A stretch of 64,000 nt of DNA from Botryllus schlosseri (taxonomy: Eukaryota), in NCBI GenBank assembly GCA_051294905.1, contig CM119372.1, positions 10,294,001-10,358,000 of the forward strand, in the 5' to 3' direction. A model generated the notes under the pieces. The model was not told where the DNA came from, searched no databases, and saw nothing but the letters and a program-made list of their open reading frames with translations. A program made the position numbers and the translations under genes. Shown one piece after another: positions 12,801-25,736 of the stretch. The stretch's first letter is position 1. Every line of letters begins with the position of its first letter.

Positions 12801-15800
12801 GCATTCCGCAATGCCCATCCCTGTCATGTGCTGTATTTGGCAGGCCGCGGAGCTATGTAATATCACAGCGGCATCACCAGTGTTTTCTGCAGGGATACTG
12901 ACGAAGAGTAAGACATAACCGTATAGCAAGGGTTCTAATTGTTACCTCCGGCTTTTCGATTTCTTCATTTGAATCGTCGTCATCGAAATCATCATCACTG
13001 TCACCATCAACCATTCCTGCAAACATAGGCCTGCTTACTAATTTAATCGTACCCACTGATGTATTCAGAATTGGTAGCAATTGAAAACATGACAAATCCA
13101 TTCTTAAATCTATAATTACCATAACCATATTCGTTAGACCAGTGGTTCTCAACCTGGGGGCGCGCCCCCCTTAGGGGGGCGTGAAAGCATTGAAGGGGGC
13201 GCGAAGAAACGGTCAACTGAAATAATTTTTCGCGCTCTGCGCGATTTACCCCCAGCTCACGCGCGTTTCTCTATATATAGACCTAATTTCATATTTTTAA
13301 TTCACTCATCAACACTCATAACCTTCCATGTCATCAAAAATCTGTTGGGGTTGCTAGCATCCCCTTGGGATTTTGCGATATGACTTTAAGGGGGGCGCGG
13401 AATTTTTCACTATCAAAAAGGGGGGCGTGTCTAAAAAAAGGTTGAGAACCACTGCGTTAGACCGTCAGTCCAGGCTTCTGCAAACTATATGACATTCGTA
13501 TCCGATATAAAACCGTGAATCACATATCACGTATAGTTGAAAACCCCAGCGTCTCATTTTGAATGGGTGGCGAGACTTGTCAATAAGTTGGATATCGGGC
13601 TAACAATCGTGAATAGCCGAAGGGAACATCGAAATCTTCCAGCGTTCTTTTTAAAATCACAGTATTGTTACGTCCTACTTTGCCTAATTGGTTTTCATTT
13701 GAATCTCTGTTTCTATGCTTGTTATTTTGAGGTTAATTCTTGATATACGGGCACACGAAAAGTCTTCGAGTTATACTTTTTACACTGCGATGAGTCCTAA
13801 AATGAATAAATATTGAAAAATGTCTTTGCAACGTAAGCATATGCATATTTTTGTGGTTCGGATCTTTTGTTACGCCAGAGGCTCCTCTCCTGGCAAGAGT
13901 TTCACACTTTCGGAGGGAATTGGCGATTTGAAGTCACGCGCATAAGATATGTCTATTGTCTACCTTACCCATATAGACCAAACCAATTAACCAAAAGGCC
14001 AAGAGATCGTCCTGTGTCCACCATATATCGGGTATTCCGTAAAAGGGGTATGGATGCGGATAGGATAAGGATTAAACAATTTTTCGAAAACACCTGCGTC
14101 GGGGTTTGGGAATAGTATTCCTATTGATGTTATATTTTCGGGTAATGTGAGATCTTAGCAAACCCGGAATGGACTTGGTGATACTATAGGAATAGATACA
14201 TATGTTGCAGTGGAATTAAGACTGAGATCTGGATAGAAGATACCTAGGCCGTCGAAAGTTTTCCTTTCCTTTCGCTTCCAAGTTTCCATTTCGCCACGTA
14301 GGTCCACGCTGCCTCTCGGCTCTCTCGGCGGAGTCAGGTATCCCGGACTCATTCCCGTGTCGCCATATACCACGTATTTATGTCTGCGCGGTTTCTCTTT
14401 ACGTTCCGCTATCTGAGTCTTGTCGCCCGCGTTTTTATCATCTTTTGGTTGTTCCTTTGGGCTCTCAGTAACGGTCGGATTCTTGTGAATATCATCCGTC
14501 AATTTTGCCTGGGATAGCGCAAATCCTATACTTTCCCTGACATCTTTAATGTGTTGATCAATCTCATTATCGCTGTCGGAATCGTAGTCGTCACTGTGGT
14601 CTGTTTTTGGATGTTTTATTTGATCTGATGCGGTGTCGGAGCCTTTTCCGCCTTTCTGTAATGTATCCGCCGATTGAGGGGGGTTCGCACCTGTAGTTGC
14701 AGCGGTAGTCATTGTTTTTCTAGTTACATTAGGACTTCGTGGAAATCTTGGCGATCCGAGGGGACTCTGCATTTTCGAGAGAGAAGATTAGCGTTGGTCT
14801 TATTATAATTAGCCTTATCTTTGTGATGGTACCTTGTGTTTGATGATCTCGTCAGACTTCTTCAACATGTAACTACCCGCCTTTCCCGTCGTGTTGCTCA
14901 AATAGTGTGTACGAATTAGCTTGTCGCTTACCGAAAGAGAAGGTGAGCCGATCGGAGATTGCTTAGGCGAATGTCGCGGCGAGTTCTTTGGGCTGTCGAT
15001 TGGATGAGGTGGAATTGAATGCAATGATACGCTTTTACGTAATGCAAAAATCGAGCATTCATAATGTTGAGGCGGTATTATTTGGCGCAGTAAAAAAATA
15101 TAGGGAAACCAATATCACCAAGTCAAAGGGGTTGGTTAACACCGTGTGTTGAACATGGTGTAGCGCCGACCCCGGCACGCGTCCAATGATTTTTCATGGC
15201 ACGATTCTTTGTTTATTTATTATAGTTGTGCTCACCGTAAATATACTATTTCATTCAAATCCAAATTTTTCGACGGCAATAAATCCGCTTCCACTGGTTG
15301 GAATTGAACCAAATTTGGTGAACAACTATAATAAATAAACAAAGAATCGGTCACCGTAAATACTATTTTATTCAAATCCAAATTTTTCGACGTCAATAAG
15401 TCCGCTTCCACTGGTTGGAATTGAACCATCGTGAATTATTTATTTTTATGTAATAAATAGAAACTTTCTTCTCATGTAGCAAAGGGGTTACTGGCTGGAA
15501 TTGAACCAAATTTTGTGTGTAGGCTTAAATTAGGTAACCTAACAATTTTATCAAGTAGCCAGTACGATTGGAGAAAAAAAGTCATTTTTGAAGAGCCCTG
15601 TAAGTTGTACGGGTACATATAGCCGCAACGATGGGTTGCGGGTTTGAGTCCGACCGAGGTCGACTCCCCAAGTTCTTTATGTTTATGTTTATGTTTGTGT
15701 AGACCCAGGGCTGTAACAGCACTTCGTCAGCCCCCCCCAAAACGTTGGTCCTGGGCCCCTCATAAGGTGATAAATACAACTTCTGGGGGGCTCCGCCCCC

Positions 15801-18800
15801 CATACCCCCCCAGGCCATACGCTGTTTACCCCTCCTTATCGTCGACATTGGGTGCCGTTTAGTGAGTCAGCTATTCTAGCCTAAACGCGCGAAATTTCTA
15901 TAATTCATTACTGAATCGGTCAATATGACCAGGAATTGCATATATTTTGCAATCAATTTCTATCCTCTCTCTGGTCTCTCTGCTCACGTAATCTGATTTA
16001 CCGGTAGAGCTGAGTAAGGTGTGTTTGAAAAGGTAGTACCCCTCAATAATAATTAAATATCTCCGGGTGTATATCCACCCGTTGGCAGGAACGAAACAGC
16101 ACTTCGTCATGCCCCCCCAAAAAACTTGAGTCTTGGGCTCCCATAGGGTGATAAACCGACCCCCCTTACGTTGTTCGCTTTTGTTACGAAATTATAGTTG
16201 CACTGATTAGCGAGCCAGCGCGAAGCGCAAAATTTTTCTATAATTCATGATGAAATCTGTCAATAAGATCGAGAATTTCATATATATAACTATCAATTTC
16301 TTGTCCTCTCTGCCCACGTAATCAGATTTGCTGGTAGAGCTGAGTGAGGTGTCTTTAAAACTGTAGAGCCCGCAAATAACAATTAAACACCTTCGGGTGG
16401 GCGGACTCGTTGGTATAACTTCGTTACATGATGTTATGTCGTGACATCCTTTGTCTGCTATATCAAAAATATAGAATCGCCCAAACGTACAAAACTAAAC
16501 GATCATGCAATTTCAAATTGGTATTTCTTCACTGGCATATAATTTTTCCCTGCGGGATGGTATTTGTCTTGTGAAGTTCAGATTGCCAAGACAGGAACAT
16601 TCGGCGCCAGTCATTTAGGCACCCGTGGACAATTAAACCTATATGTATTTTGTATATACAACGAAGTTTTCAGTCAGCATAAGGGCAGTCTTTTCCAATA
16701 TGCCCATTTCTATAAATGTTGCGTATTTTTTCCTGGGGGAAGAATACCGAATAATCAAGATATGTGGCAACCTGAAATCGCGCATAGCGCGAAAATTTTG
16801 AAAAAGTTGCATGGATTTAAAAAAATACACTTATCATTTACGCTAATTCACGAAATAATTTTGGGCCCCCTTCGAGCTCGCCCCCCCCCCAATTGGGAGG
16901 GGGGTAGGCGGGCGGCAGTTACGGTCCTGTGTAGGCCCCTCCTCTCCATCTGATCCGCGTGTAAGCGGTTTCATAAAATCTAGAAGTGAGCCGTGCTATA
17001 CAAATCGGCAGCTACGGAATCATAATATAGAATATCGGTATGGTGTAAATGGCCATTGCAGTCGAAAAACACCATCAATACCACAAACAACAATGACATA
17101 CCTATTATTATCAACGTTAAGTTTCGTCCAACTCGTCGATCGACTACTTTTCGTCACTTGCAGAAAGTCTTTTCTTCTAGGAGACGGTGATATATCGCTC
17201 GGATCCCTACCTGTAAAGTAGCACATTGCGCTCAACCTCCGAAGACTATTGGTAATCCCATCGACGATATCTTACCGCTTCTTTGAGCTGCTCTACTCAG
17301 CATAGGAGAATTCGGCATTGATCTGTTTCCGGAGGGTGGCAAAACGCTTAGCATTTTCATGTTCTCCCTGTGGACTTGAAGCGGGTCCTTGAACGTTTGT
17401 GTGGCTTCATCCATTTTCTCTGTCTACGACGTCTGATAGATTGAATCTAGCTAAAAGCATATGAGCTCTGTCCGGATATATACATACCGCTTTTATTATT
17501 TGCGAGTTGGTAATTCTGCACCATGACAAAACAATGTGTACTTACTGGCATGTAGATCTGGCAGGGGGAGTTCTTTGTACCACCACGCGCAGCTGACGTT
17601 TCTCCGTCGTTATTCGTGTCATTGATCCATTTCTTAGAGTTGTTTTGGGGGTATCTTGTTTCGCATTATAGAATACTGAGCGTGATCTTTTGTATTATAT
17701 GACTGTTGACAGATGTCTGGAGTGAATGTCTAGCGATGGCATTGGTCGCGCGATTGAAATTCGTAATTCATAATCACCCCAACTGCTCACAAATATTCAT
17801 TTAGTCGTTTACCATGCCTTATATAGCTTGTGTCCGTTTTATCCTTACTTCGTTTTGTTCTTTATTACTTGCGTGCAAGAAGGCCTACCTGTCGGTCGGC
17901 AACTGTATTTTCTAAAATGGGGGACTGCCCATTATGCAATTTTGTGCCCGTAATATTAAATGATTTTCATTTGTTATGAGATAATGTCGTACATCTGGAA
18001 TCTTGCAATGTCTGGTGCTCTGTTAATGCGACGTCGTATTTTAGAGGCCCCCAGAACTGCTACCGACTTCGAAGACTCATTCACATTGAAGATGTTTCTC
18101 TTTCAAGCCGTGAATTACTATTCCTCAATCCTATATATAGCATTCTTCAAAGGAAAGTTCACTGGTACGCCATACCGATACAACAGACTTTTTGGATTCA
18201 GACCTGAAGAGGTAGAATAAATCTATATGATTTTGGTGATGATGCATGCAAATCATTATGCAAGCGTGAGCTGTATTGCCCGCTTCTTATGATGATTTAA
18301 CACAGTAAAATAAGTACAGGTATATTTAAAAGTACACTCCATTTGATATAAAATGGTAAATGTACTTTGATTGTCCATGTCCAAGCAAAATTGGAAGCAG
18401 TCTAAAAGTAAAATCACTTTAACTAGGTATAGTTAAATTTAAAAAGCATACCCAAGTACCCCAAAAAAGGCTCTGTTGCTTGCCATCCTCTGCCTAAAGT
18501 CGGTGCAAAAAATTGATTGATGTGACTCGCTTACAGTGTGACCCGAGTGGGTGTCTCATCGAACTCTGCATACAGCTGGGGATAATCATGATTCTGAAGC
18601 AAGCTCTCAACAACACCAAAGAGATAGGAATACCGTGGGTTAAAATATCTTTTGTACCCCATCATTTGTAAGAATCTTTATTATTTGTTCCAGATTGGTC
18701 AAGAACTGGTGGAGTAAGAGGACGTTTTTCCGAATGCGAAAAGGTGATAATATATGAACAATGGAAAAAGTATTAAATCATTCCTAGATAGTTGTTGGCC

Positions 18801-21051
18801 GGTAAGGTATTCAAAGAAATATGAAGTAGGTTAAAAATAATAGTCGCTCCAAAGAATAATTTAGTTAGGCAATTGAGAGGCGATAGAATTGGATGTAACC
18901 GGTATGACATTTCCATTATACAATTGTATACGTTCTCTTTATACCGCAAACAGTGCAAGACGAGGAGAATGAAAGCAGAACTCTGGAGGACGAGCACGAA
19001 AACCCTCTTTATCGAGACTACGTGTTGGAAGATCCTGGCAAAAGATACTTGTTCTCAGAGTATCTTGAGATGGGTTAGTACGAGTTAGTCTTCTTTTTGA
19101 AATGTCCATTTTTCAAAAGCATATTTCCAAGATTATTTTCCAAGGCAGGAATCGAGTGAAAATTGTCACCATGGCGGCATAGACGTAATCATGAGGCGAA
19201 AGGTGCCTACGTCCTACTCACAATTTTTGACTTAAGCTTTATTGCGTCATTTATTTTCACTATGTCACATTAGACCCGCGACGTCACGACATTGTAAATA
19301 ATTTCTCCCCCCACCCCCACCCCCCACAGAAATTGTCATCCGACCCTCCCAGATTTTCATATACTGACTATTATCTATGGCTCTCACTGTTGTTATTATT
19401 CATTCAATTCTAATTTAATAAAATCATTCCAGTAAAAATGGAGTGATTGCAAAGTACAAACTCCACAGAAAAGTTTGCAACCAGAAACTAAGATGTTCGA
19501 AAGTATTTACTCAACTATAATGAGCGTTAAGAATAGTTCTGGCCTCGAGTCACGAAATCGAAAACGATTTTGATTCCGTGTTGCAGTACCCGACATTTAT
19601 GTCAATTGTTGTCACGAACATCTCGCGAGTTGGCGCATTACTGACTAACTGTGGCACCGGGTGTAGTCATGGCCTATTCTATATTATATTAGCCCGCGAG
19701 AATACCCATGGCAGACTTGACATAGTCTTAAAAGTTTGTGGATTGTCTTGAAAATATGAAGAGGTAGGTCTATAGTAAAAAATCAAAGTCACTTGATGAG
19801 CATCACTTGCAAAGCCATATTAAAAGCTTGACTGCTGCCTACTTTGCTGTCGACTAGCAGCCTGTTGTAACCTATAAGTAAAGGTAAACCGAGGCATGGT
19901 TGCATGTACGATTGTACGAATATACATTGTACATGTACAGTACAACATTACATTATGCGTGTCAAATTGTACTTATAATATATTATTATTCTCTATTCCA
20001 GTTATACAATTCGGATTCGTGACGTTGTTCGTGGCCTCCTTTCCTCTCGCACCCTTTTTCGCGCTGCTCAATAACATTATAGAGATTCGCATAGACGCTT
20101 ACAAGTTTACGACACAGATCAGAAGATTGCCGGCAATTCGGGCGGAGAACATTGGTATATTTCGAGTATTCATTTCAATCGATTTTCTTCGATTGAGTTT
20201 ATCATTTAGGCGGATGGTTCGCAATACTGAAGGCCATCAGTACCGTGGCTGTTATAACTAACGGACTTGTAATCGCTTTGACTTCGGAATTCGTACCACG
20301 TTTGGTGTACAGATACCTCTACAGTGCTTGCGCTGCTAATAGCACCGTAACATACCCAGAGTATGTATTATATACCTCAAGTTTCACGAGAAGAGGTCGG
20401 TAACAGCCTGTTTCGATTTAGCTGCATGGCGGGATATATCAATGCAACTCTGGTCAGCATTCCGGTTGACCGAATAGATCGTGGGGACGTTGCGCCGTAT
20501 AACTCATCTATTCCTGCGATACCCGAGGACTGCTGGTAAATCTTGTTTAGCCTAAACAGCTATATATGGAAGTTTTATTCATCCTTGTGCCTCAATTTTC
20601 CATACTTATCTAAAATTACCTTGTTTCGTTTTCTAGGTTCCGCGCCTCAGACCCTGGGCTCCCATCACAGCCAATCATTCCATACTGGCATGTTTTTGCG
20701 GGGCGCATCGCGTTACTGGTGGTTTTTGAGGTGGGTGTGACGTAATTTTGCTTCAATCCGTTTTGAAACTTTGCATTACATTTTTAACTTCTCCTTGTCC
20801 GCCAGCACGCCGTATTCGGACTCAAAATCTTAATTGATCTGATCATACCCGATGTCCCGGAACACCTGAAGCAGCAAATGTCGAGACAGAAGTATTTGGA
20901 GCTGAAACTGTTGTATGAGAAAGGTGTCGTTATTGTCTAATACTATATTAAGATTGAAATTGAAAATTGCCTGGGGAATACATATCTTACAGGACAGAGA
21001 GAGGCCGGATTGACTTCTGAAGCCGTGACTTCACCAGAGGAGGGGGTATGA
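3883..21051 (+). CDS. Anoctamin/TMEM16 family Ca2+-activated channel/scramblase, multi-exon; start codon upstream of 3883 not resolved
   Basis: Phase-consistent exons: 3883-4062 ([15 protein letters not shown]), 4197-4328, 6702-6829, 9559-9613, 9680-9836 (YFPLHEG), 9904-9991 (QPLELIR), 10058-10192 ([17 protein letters not shown]), 10258-10412 (MCPRCD...FDNE), 10473-10555 (FLEFWKR), 10626-10763, 11162-11326, 11481-11517, 18045-18211 ([22 protein letters not shown]), 18537-18634 ([14 protein letters not shown]), 18694-18743, 18954-19073 (EYLEM), 20002-20154 ([33 protein letters not shown]), 20210-20360, 20422-20535, 20637-20730, 20806-20923 (IPDVP), 20993-21051 (stop). These are hallmark anoctamin motifs. 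The paralogue cannot be assigned by eye. Confidence 0.95.
4876..5358. mobile_element. Non-autonomous hAT-type element
   Basis: TIR TGGGGTTGGGCA / TGCCCAGCCCCA, 8-bp TSD gtttcgac/gttacgac, subterminal TCGAGTA/TACTCGA repeats. Confidence 0.75.
5429..6545. mobile_element. Non-autonomous TIR element with internal ~50-bp tandem repeat
   Basis: TIR CAGGCGCGTAGCC / GGCTACGCGCCTG with flanks agcagcgcg/agcagcgtg. Three units containing TGCAGATGCGATTGT at ~6070-6205 and a TGTACA-rich tract at ~5822-5905. Confidence 0.75.
6946..9040. mobile_element. Long-TIR Kolobok-like element hosting a hAT MITE
   Basis: Imperfect ~65-bp inverted ends (AGGCGCACTGCGCTC...GGTCTCAAATT...TTTTGGC vs GCCAAAA...AATTTGAGACC...GAGCACAGTGCCGCCT). 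The right end runs into TTAA. The termini resemble the 62667-63155 element. Confidence 0.65.
7402..8939. mobile_element. hAT/Charlie(Buster)-like non-autonomous element
   Basis: TIR CAGAGGTCTCAAAC / GTTTGAGACCTCTG, subterminal CGGCCCGCG, degenerate TSD gaatgcag/ggatacag. Confidence 0.75.
12213..17414 (-). CDS. Uncharacterised Ser/Pro-rich, acidic-tailed protein (~428 aa), nested antisense in anoctamin intron 11518-18044
   Basis: Six GT-AG bounded exons join in frame: 17414-17276, 17210-17102, 15031-14833, 14766-14244, 13016-12946, 12458-12213 (1287 nt including stop). An optional 27-nt exon lies at 14120-14094. Many SP motifs, a D/E-rich tail and [13 protein letters not shown] near the C-terminus. 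No family recognised; the start codon is uncertain. Confidence 0.75.
13140..13454. mobile_element. hAT/Charlie(Buster)-like MITE
   Basis: Perfect TIR CAGTGGTTCTCAACCT / AGGTTGAGAACCACTG, perfect 8-bp TSD cgttagac, GGGGGCGCG subterminal motifs. Confidence 0.92.
15232..15428. repeat. Tandem duplication, ~119-bp unit (about 1.7 copies)
   Basis: TCACCGTAAATA...TCCGCTTCCACTGGTTGGAATTGAACCA starts at 15232 and 15351, with a further partial motif near 15490. The motif resembles the interior of the 57728-58099 element. Confidence 0.85.
15706..16929. mobile_element. hAT-type non-autonomous element with internal duplication
   Basis: TIR CAGGGCTGTAACAGC / GCAGTTACGGTCCTG, TSD tgtagacc/tgtaggcc. The segment starting ACAGCACTTCGTCA is repeated at ~15716 and ~16096. 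Confidence 0.75.
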
Positions 21052-23102
21052 ACGATATATTGCTGTGAAGACAGCTTGTACATCAGCAAAGGTGTTGAAT
21101 TGGTCTATAAACGGAGTCGTGTAGTCAGGATTTGCTTCTCGTGGCAGATGCGAACGACACCCTACCATTTGTATGGTACAAACCCAAACTCCCATCATAG
21201 CCTTACTTGCAATCATGACGAGCCTTATTATTGCTACATCATTTTCTATTTCATTATATGTCGGCCTATTAATTGTTGCATGTTAAGTAATTTGTTATGA
21301 CATTAGTCTCCTTTGGTTGTGGTGTGCAGTGAATCGTGAAAATATTTTCGTAACTATATGTCAGAGTGAAAGGTTGGGATTGTAAAATTATAAAAGAGCG
21401 TTTCCGCTTAACGGATCCCTCTCAGATTCGCATTCTCTGTGTATTTCGAAAGTTTTAACATTCCTGCACGATGACAATAAAATGCCGTTCCAATGGGTGG
21501 AATTATACAGGTTTGTGTAATAAGGAAATCCTTGTAATACCAGGGAAGATAAACACGGATGGCGCGAGTAAGCAGTGCCTTATTCTCGCTTTTGATAATT
21601 TCGTGACACTGCCATTTCCAATATTACAATAATGGGATAACGTAAGGAGCGGTAAGTTTTAAGGACCCGTTGTGCGCTTCTAGCTATATATAACTATTCA
21701 GCGCGCCGACATTTTGACTACCTTACGTCCTGCTTTAGGAGGATTCCTCATTTTTCAGGAAATCGAAAATGACCTCCGAGGAATCCCAAATGTTCTCATT
21801 TTTGGCAATTCTTCCTCTTTTATAGCTTTGTCAGTCCGACGATGGTACAGGCAGAACTAAAAAACGCCAGAAATGACGCTGAATATGGAATCTAGACGCT
21901 TACGCGGGTCCAATGATATATCATTGTGCGGGTCTTTCGGGAGTCGAGTTTTGAAAATGACCATTGTTTTAGTTTTCCCGTGCAGAATTTCAAATTACCC
22001 TCTCCTCCAGATCTCAAAATATGGTAACCCTATCTGAAGATTCTTAACTGCAATGGTTACTATCTCACAATTGAATGGTTTCATTTTCATTTTATTGGCA
22101 CTACTAAAGTACAAATGATAATACGAAGTGCGACACGATAAAATTCAATTATGACACTCAAGTTGTATTTATCATTGATCCACATAAATCAGATGTGGAA
22201 CAAATAGGTCAAAGTGAAAGTGAGCATATTGCACAGAAATATCTAGGCCTACACGACACGTATCAGAATCGACTGTGGGGACTATTCAAAACGATTTCAA
22301 GTGAAAATAGAAATGACAGGTACGATTATTACTTTGGCTTTGAAAAGTTGTGGATCAAGACTAGACTTCGCGCTGAGATTCATCAGTTAATCACAAAATA
22401 ACTCGAAAATGTGTCAGAATTAAGTGGGGCTTCGAAGCTATACTCTAGTCTCGGGCTATAGTGACTGTATCATCTGGTGGATATGGAGGTTTCTCCGATG
22501 AGAACGATACAAATATGTTCAAAATATACCTCCCAACTTGACAAAAGTCAGTAGTACTTTTAATTAAAAAAGTAATCTTAAGTTAAAGACCACTCTTGAC
22601 ATTCAGTAGTGCAACTTCACAATTACCTACTGAATGCACATGCACAAGTCCTTGAACGATATGTATGCATTGAAGACGGCAGTACCTGGTGCTTTTCTAA
22701 TACAGGGTTTCCAAAAACTTTTTCCTCGCGGCTCCTCTAATTTTCCAAACATTTCTTGCGACCCCGCACGAATGTAATTATAGGCATTTCTTACGACCCA
22801 GCACGAATATAATAGGTTATACAGGACGGGAAAAAACTCCACAGGCTGATGCATCGAGACTCGAGAGTCATGCTTGGTGCCAAGACGCCGCTTGAACTTT
22901 CAATCTCGTTGATCTTAACACACTCAATACACTATCACTTGCAGACTGCAGTATGCTATCTTAACTACTGTTGTTTTTCGGAGTTTATTCTTAACCAGAA
23001 ATTCATTGATTCGATTAGTGTTGTGTGTCCACTGTCCAGTGTTCAATCGTAGGCTACTGTAGCAGCGGTACGCAACCTTCTACGCGCAGTCATGTGCATG
23101 GG

Positions 23103-23295
23103 CAATGTTCCCTCTAAGCGGCGAGCGTGCGCAAATGCGAAGTGCTGACACGGTCTCTGCGCACAGAAAATCTAAGTTGCGCACAAAAAATCCGAAGTGA
23201 TGACCTTTTTTTAGTCGTTACGCACTGTTGTGCAAGGCTCTGCGCAGTGAGTAGGTGAGTGTGCGCAGACTCGTCAAACATTTGAGGGAACATTG
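23103..23295. mobile_element. hAT-type MITE
   Basis: TIR CAATGTTCCCTC / GAGGGAACATTG, TSD tgcatggg/gtcatggg, TGCGCA repeats inside. Confidence 0.75.
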
Positions 23296-24434
23296 GTCAT
23301 GGGGCTACACTTTTTTAACAAATGCATCAAATTGTTTGGGAAGTTATATTATACCGCAAAATCCCATTGATTGGTGACGGCATCGTAAAGACTCGTCGAT
23401 CTCATTGCACCGTATCGTATTGAAGCCAGCAACATAATATGCCCTTATAGAAAGTTAATCGATATTTTGACTGTTATTCATTTAGTTGCTACCAAACACG
23501 TATGTAGGGCAGGCCTACCACGTTATTACATACTCGACAAGATATAACCCATCCCATATTTTAATGTCGTCGCCAATATTTTCTCAAACTATTTCTCATT
23601 GTGTAGTAATGAATTAAGAATAAAGAAACAGCTGAACGAACCAGTCTACAACAGATTACATGGGAATATACTCTTTTCAACAAAAGATTATTAGCATTAA
23701 TCACCAAATACTTGAAGAATCCGTCTTGAACATCCGATTGTTTCATAGCATAATGTGCAATTGTGCATATGATTTGAGTTAAATTCACATACTCTTCACG
23801 ACCCCGCTTTGGCAAAGGCCTGTTCAAATCGACCATGTCCGTAACATGAATTTTACAGCATTTGGAACAGATTTTAGTTTAACATACATTGCCTTGATGT
23901 GCAATTCGAATTAAAGGATATGAAAAAATTGCATGTGAAAACGTTCAATATTGTATGCAAATCCAATCGCAAATCCAGTTTTCTGGTCCTAGTTAACACT
24001 TTGCGATGCAAGAATTAGATATATGTGTTTGAGCATGATAGAAGTATTTCAGTATAGTATTGATCATGAAGATGGTACTATCAGCCTGAGTTATCCAGGA
24101 GGATGAAGACTGAAAATACAGATCATTTCTGCAATATTCAGAAATTTGTATTTATGTGTTCACTACACGATTTTATCCATTCATAATAATGTACACCACT
24201 TATAACAGCAATCATGGGAGTTAGGAATGACATTTTGAGGGTGCAGTTTTGAAACTATGTGACATCACAGATATATTGCAATAGAAATTTTTTTTTTCGG
24301 GGTGCAGATGCTCAGATAAAGAAGTATATACTTATAACAGTGCAACAAGAGTAACATCAATAAACCAACTGATGATGGAAATCCAAAATGCAGGCATGCT
24401 GTTTGATTGCATAAACTGGTCACGTGGTCAGTGG

Positions 24435-25736
24435 TCACAATGATTTCTGCTTCTTTATAAAAGATACAGTGTCACGACGCTTGATTGGGTGAAACCAGTC
24501 CAGAAATGCTACGATCAGTAAGGCAACGGACGCACAAAGATACCATGTACGACCAACGACAGGGCCGCACTTGTAATACAATTGCAAACGAACTTTTTGA
24601 GGAAGGAGTTCCTGTTCTGCAATCAAATTGTAGACATTTTCGGTTCTCTCCGCCACTTTGGGCCAAGTGTAGAGACACGATGTACGCCGGTACATATCCA
24701 AAGGCTTGATATGCGAGTCCTCACGATACCGGAGTATCGCCTCTTCAACGCCGTTGACCAATGATGGCACAGCTGCTTCCGTTAATATTATCATGTCCTG
24801 AGGTAGGACCTCAGGAACACCACCAACGCAAGTACTTACAACTTGAAGTCCGCAGCACGCAGCTTCAATAATAGCTATACAGAAAGCTTCCGTGAGCGAT
24901 GTATTCAAAAATATATGTCCTTCTACCAATACATCCCTGACACTCGTGTGAGGTACGGCTCCTAAAAAGGTGACTCGTTCATACAGCTGGAACTTTTCTC
25001 TCATTTCTTCAAGCACGAGCCTTTTAGGACCGTCTCCACCTATTACAAATTCAATGTCCCTGTGCCTTTCGCATAGAATCGGTATGATAGCTGCAAGAAG
25101 ATCGGCACCTTTTCTGTAAACCAACCGGCTCATCACGACGATTCGTATCTTATCTGGTACCCTCTTTTCTTCATCTGGGGTGAACTTTGTGGCATCGACA
25201 GCATTGGGTATGACATAAACATTGCTCGGGTCGAGATTGGCTCGCAGCACTGTATTTTCTTTGCTGGTGTGAGAAACACAAATAACATGGTTTGTTCCCA
25301 CCAATGTTATTTCCAACAGTTTATTAGTTATGATTGAGCTGCCATCGGCAAATCCGAAGAGGGAGTGATCAGTGAAAACAGTGCGAATGCCTAACGACTT
25401 GGCGTGATTAATAGCTTCATGGGCCATTGTGGAAAATGCAGAATGCCCATGCACAATCGTAATGTTCTCATGCAACAATACGCTTCGTATCAGCGGAATT
25501 GTGCCCAAGTATGTAGGCAGGATGCATTGATTGTACATGACAACGTACGGGAGGTAGTATACTTTGAGGAAATTTGTAAGGTACCGGATGCCTTTCTTCT
25601 CTCCATACGAATGGGTGATCACTATCACCTTGTGTCCTCGAGCGATCAAACATTGCGAAAGTTGATAAATATGGCTTTCTACTCCGCCCACATTGGGGTA
25701 AAAGAAATCAGATACCATTGCAATACTGTGCTTCAT
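24435..25736 (-). CDS. PIGA: Phosphatidylinositol N-acetylglucosaminyltransferase subunit A (GPI anchor biosynthesis), single coding exon
   Basis: Motifs [44 protein letters not shown] and [22 protein letters not shown], plus a C-terminal hydrophobic segment. The ORF is open to 25790; the ATG at 25736 (MKHSIAM) lies just before the conserved start. Confidence 0.97.
   Translation of the reverse strand: MKHSIAMVSDFFYPNVGGVESHIYQLSQCLIARGHKVIVITHSYGEKKGIRYLTNFLKVYYLPYVVMYNQCILPTYLGTIPLIRSVLLHENITIVHGHSAFSTMAHEAINHAKSLGIRTVFTDHSLFGFADGSSIITNKLLEITLVGTNHVICVSHTSKENTVLRANLDPSNVYVIPNAVDATKFTPDEEKRVPDKIRIVVMSRLVYRKGADLLAAIIPILCERHRDIEFVIGGDGPKRLVLEEMREKFQLYERVTFLGAVPHTSVRDVLVEGHIFLNTSLTEAFCIAIIEAACCGLQVVSTCVGGVPEVLPQDMIILTEAAVPSLVNGVEEAILRYREDSHIKPLDMYRRTSCLYTWPKVAERTENVYNLIAEQELLPQKVRLQLYYKCGPVVGRTWYLCASVALLIVAFLDWFHPIKRRDTVSFIKKQKSL

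Noticed and set aside
12878..12897. Extra 20-nt exon, or a duplicated SIPAEN exon, in the nested gene
   Set aside because: The phase-0 acceptor at 12458 joins the frame without it and the implied intron would be only 48 nt. The SIPAEN echo may be chance.
15580..15700. tRNA gene (B-box-like GGTTTGAGTCC followed by a (TTTATG)n tract)
   Set aside because: No A-box or cloverleaf could be built. At most a decayed SINE, as for the AGCTCAGTGG motifs near 27825 and 28953.
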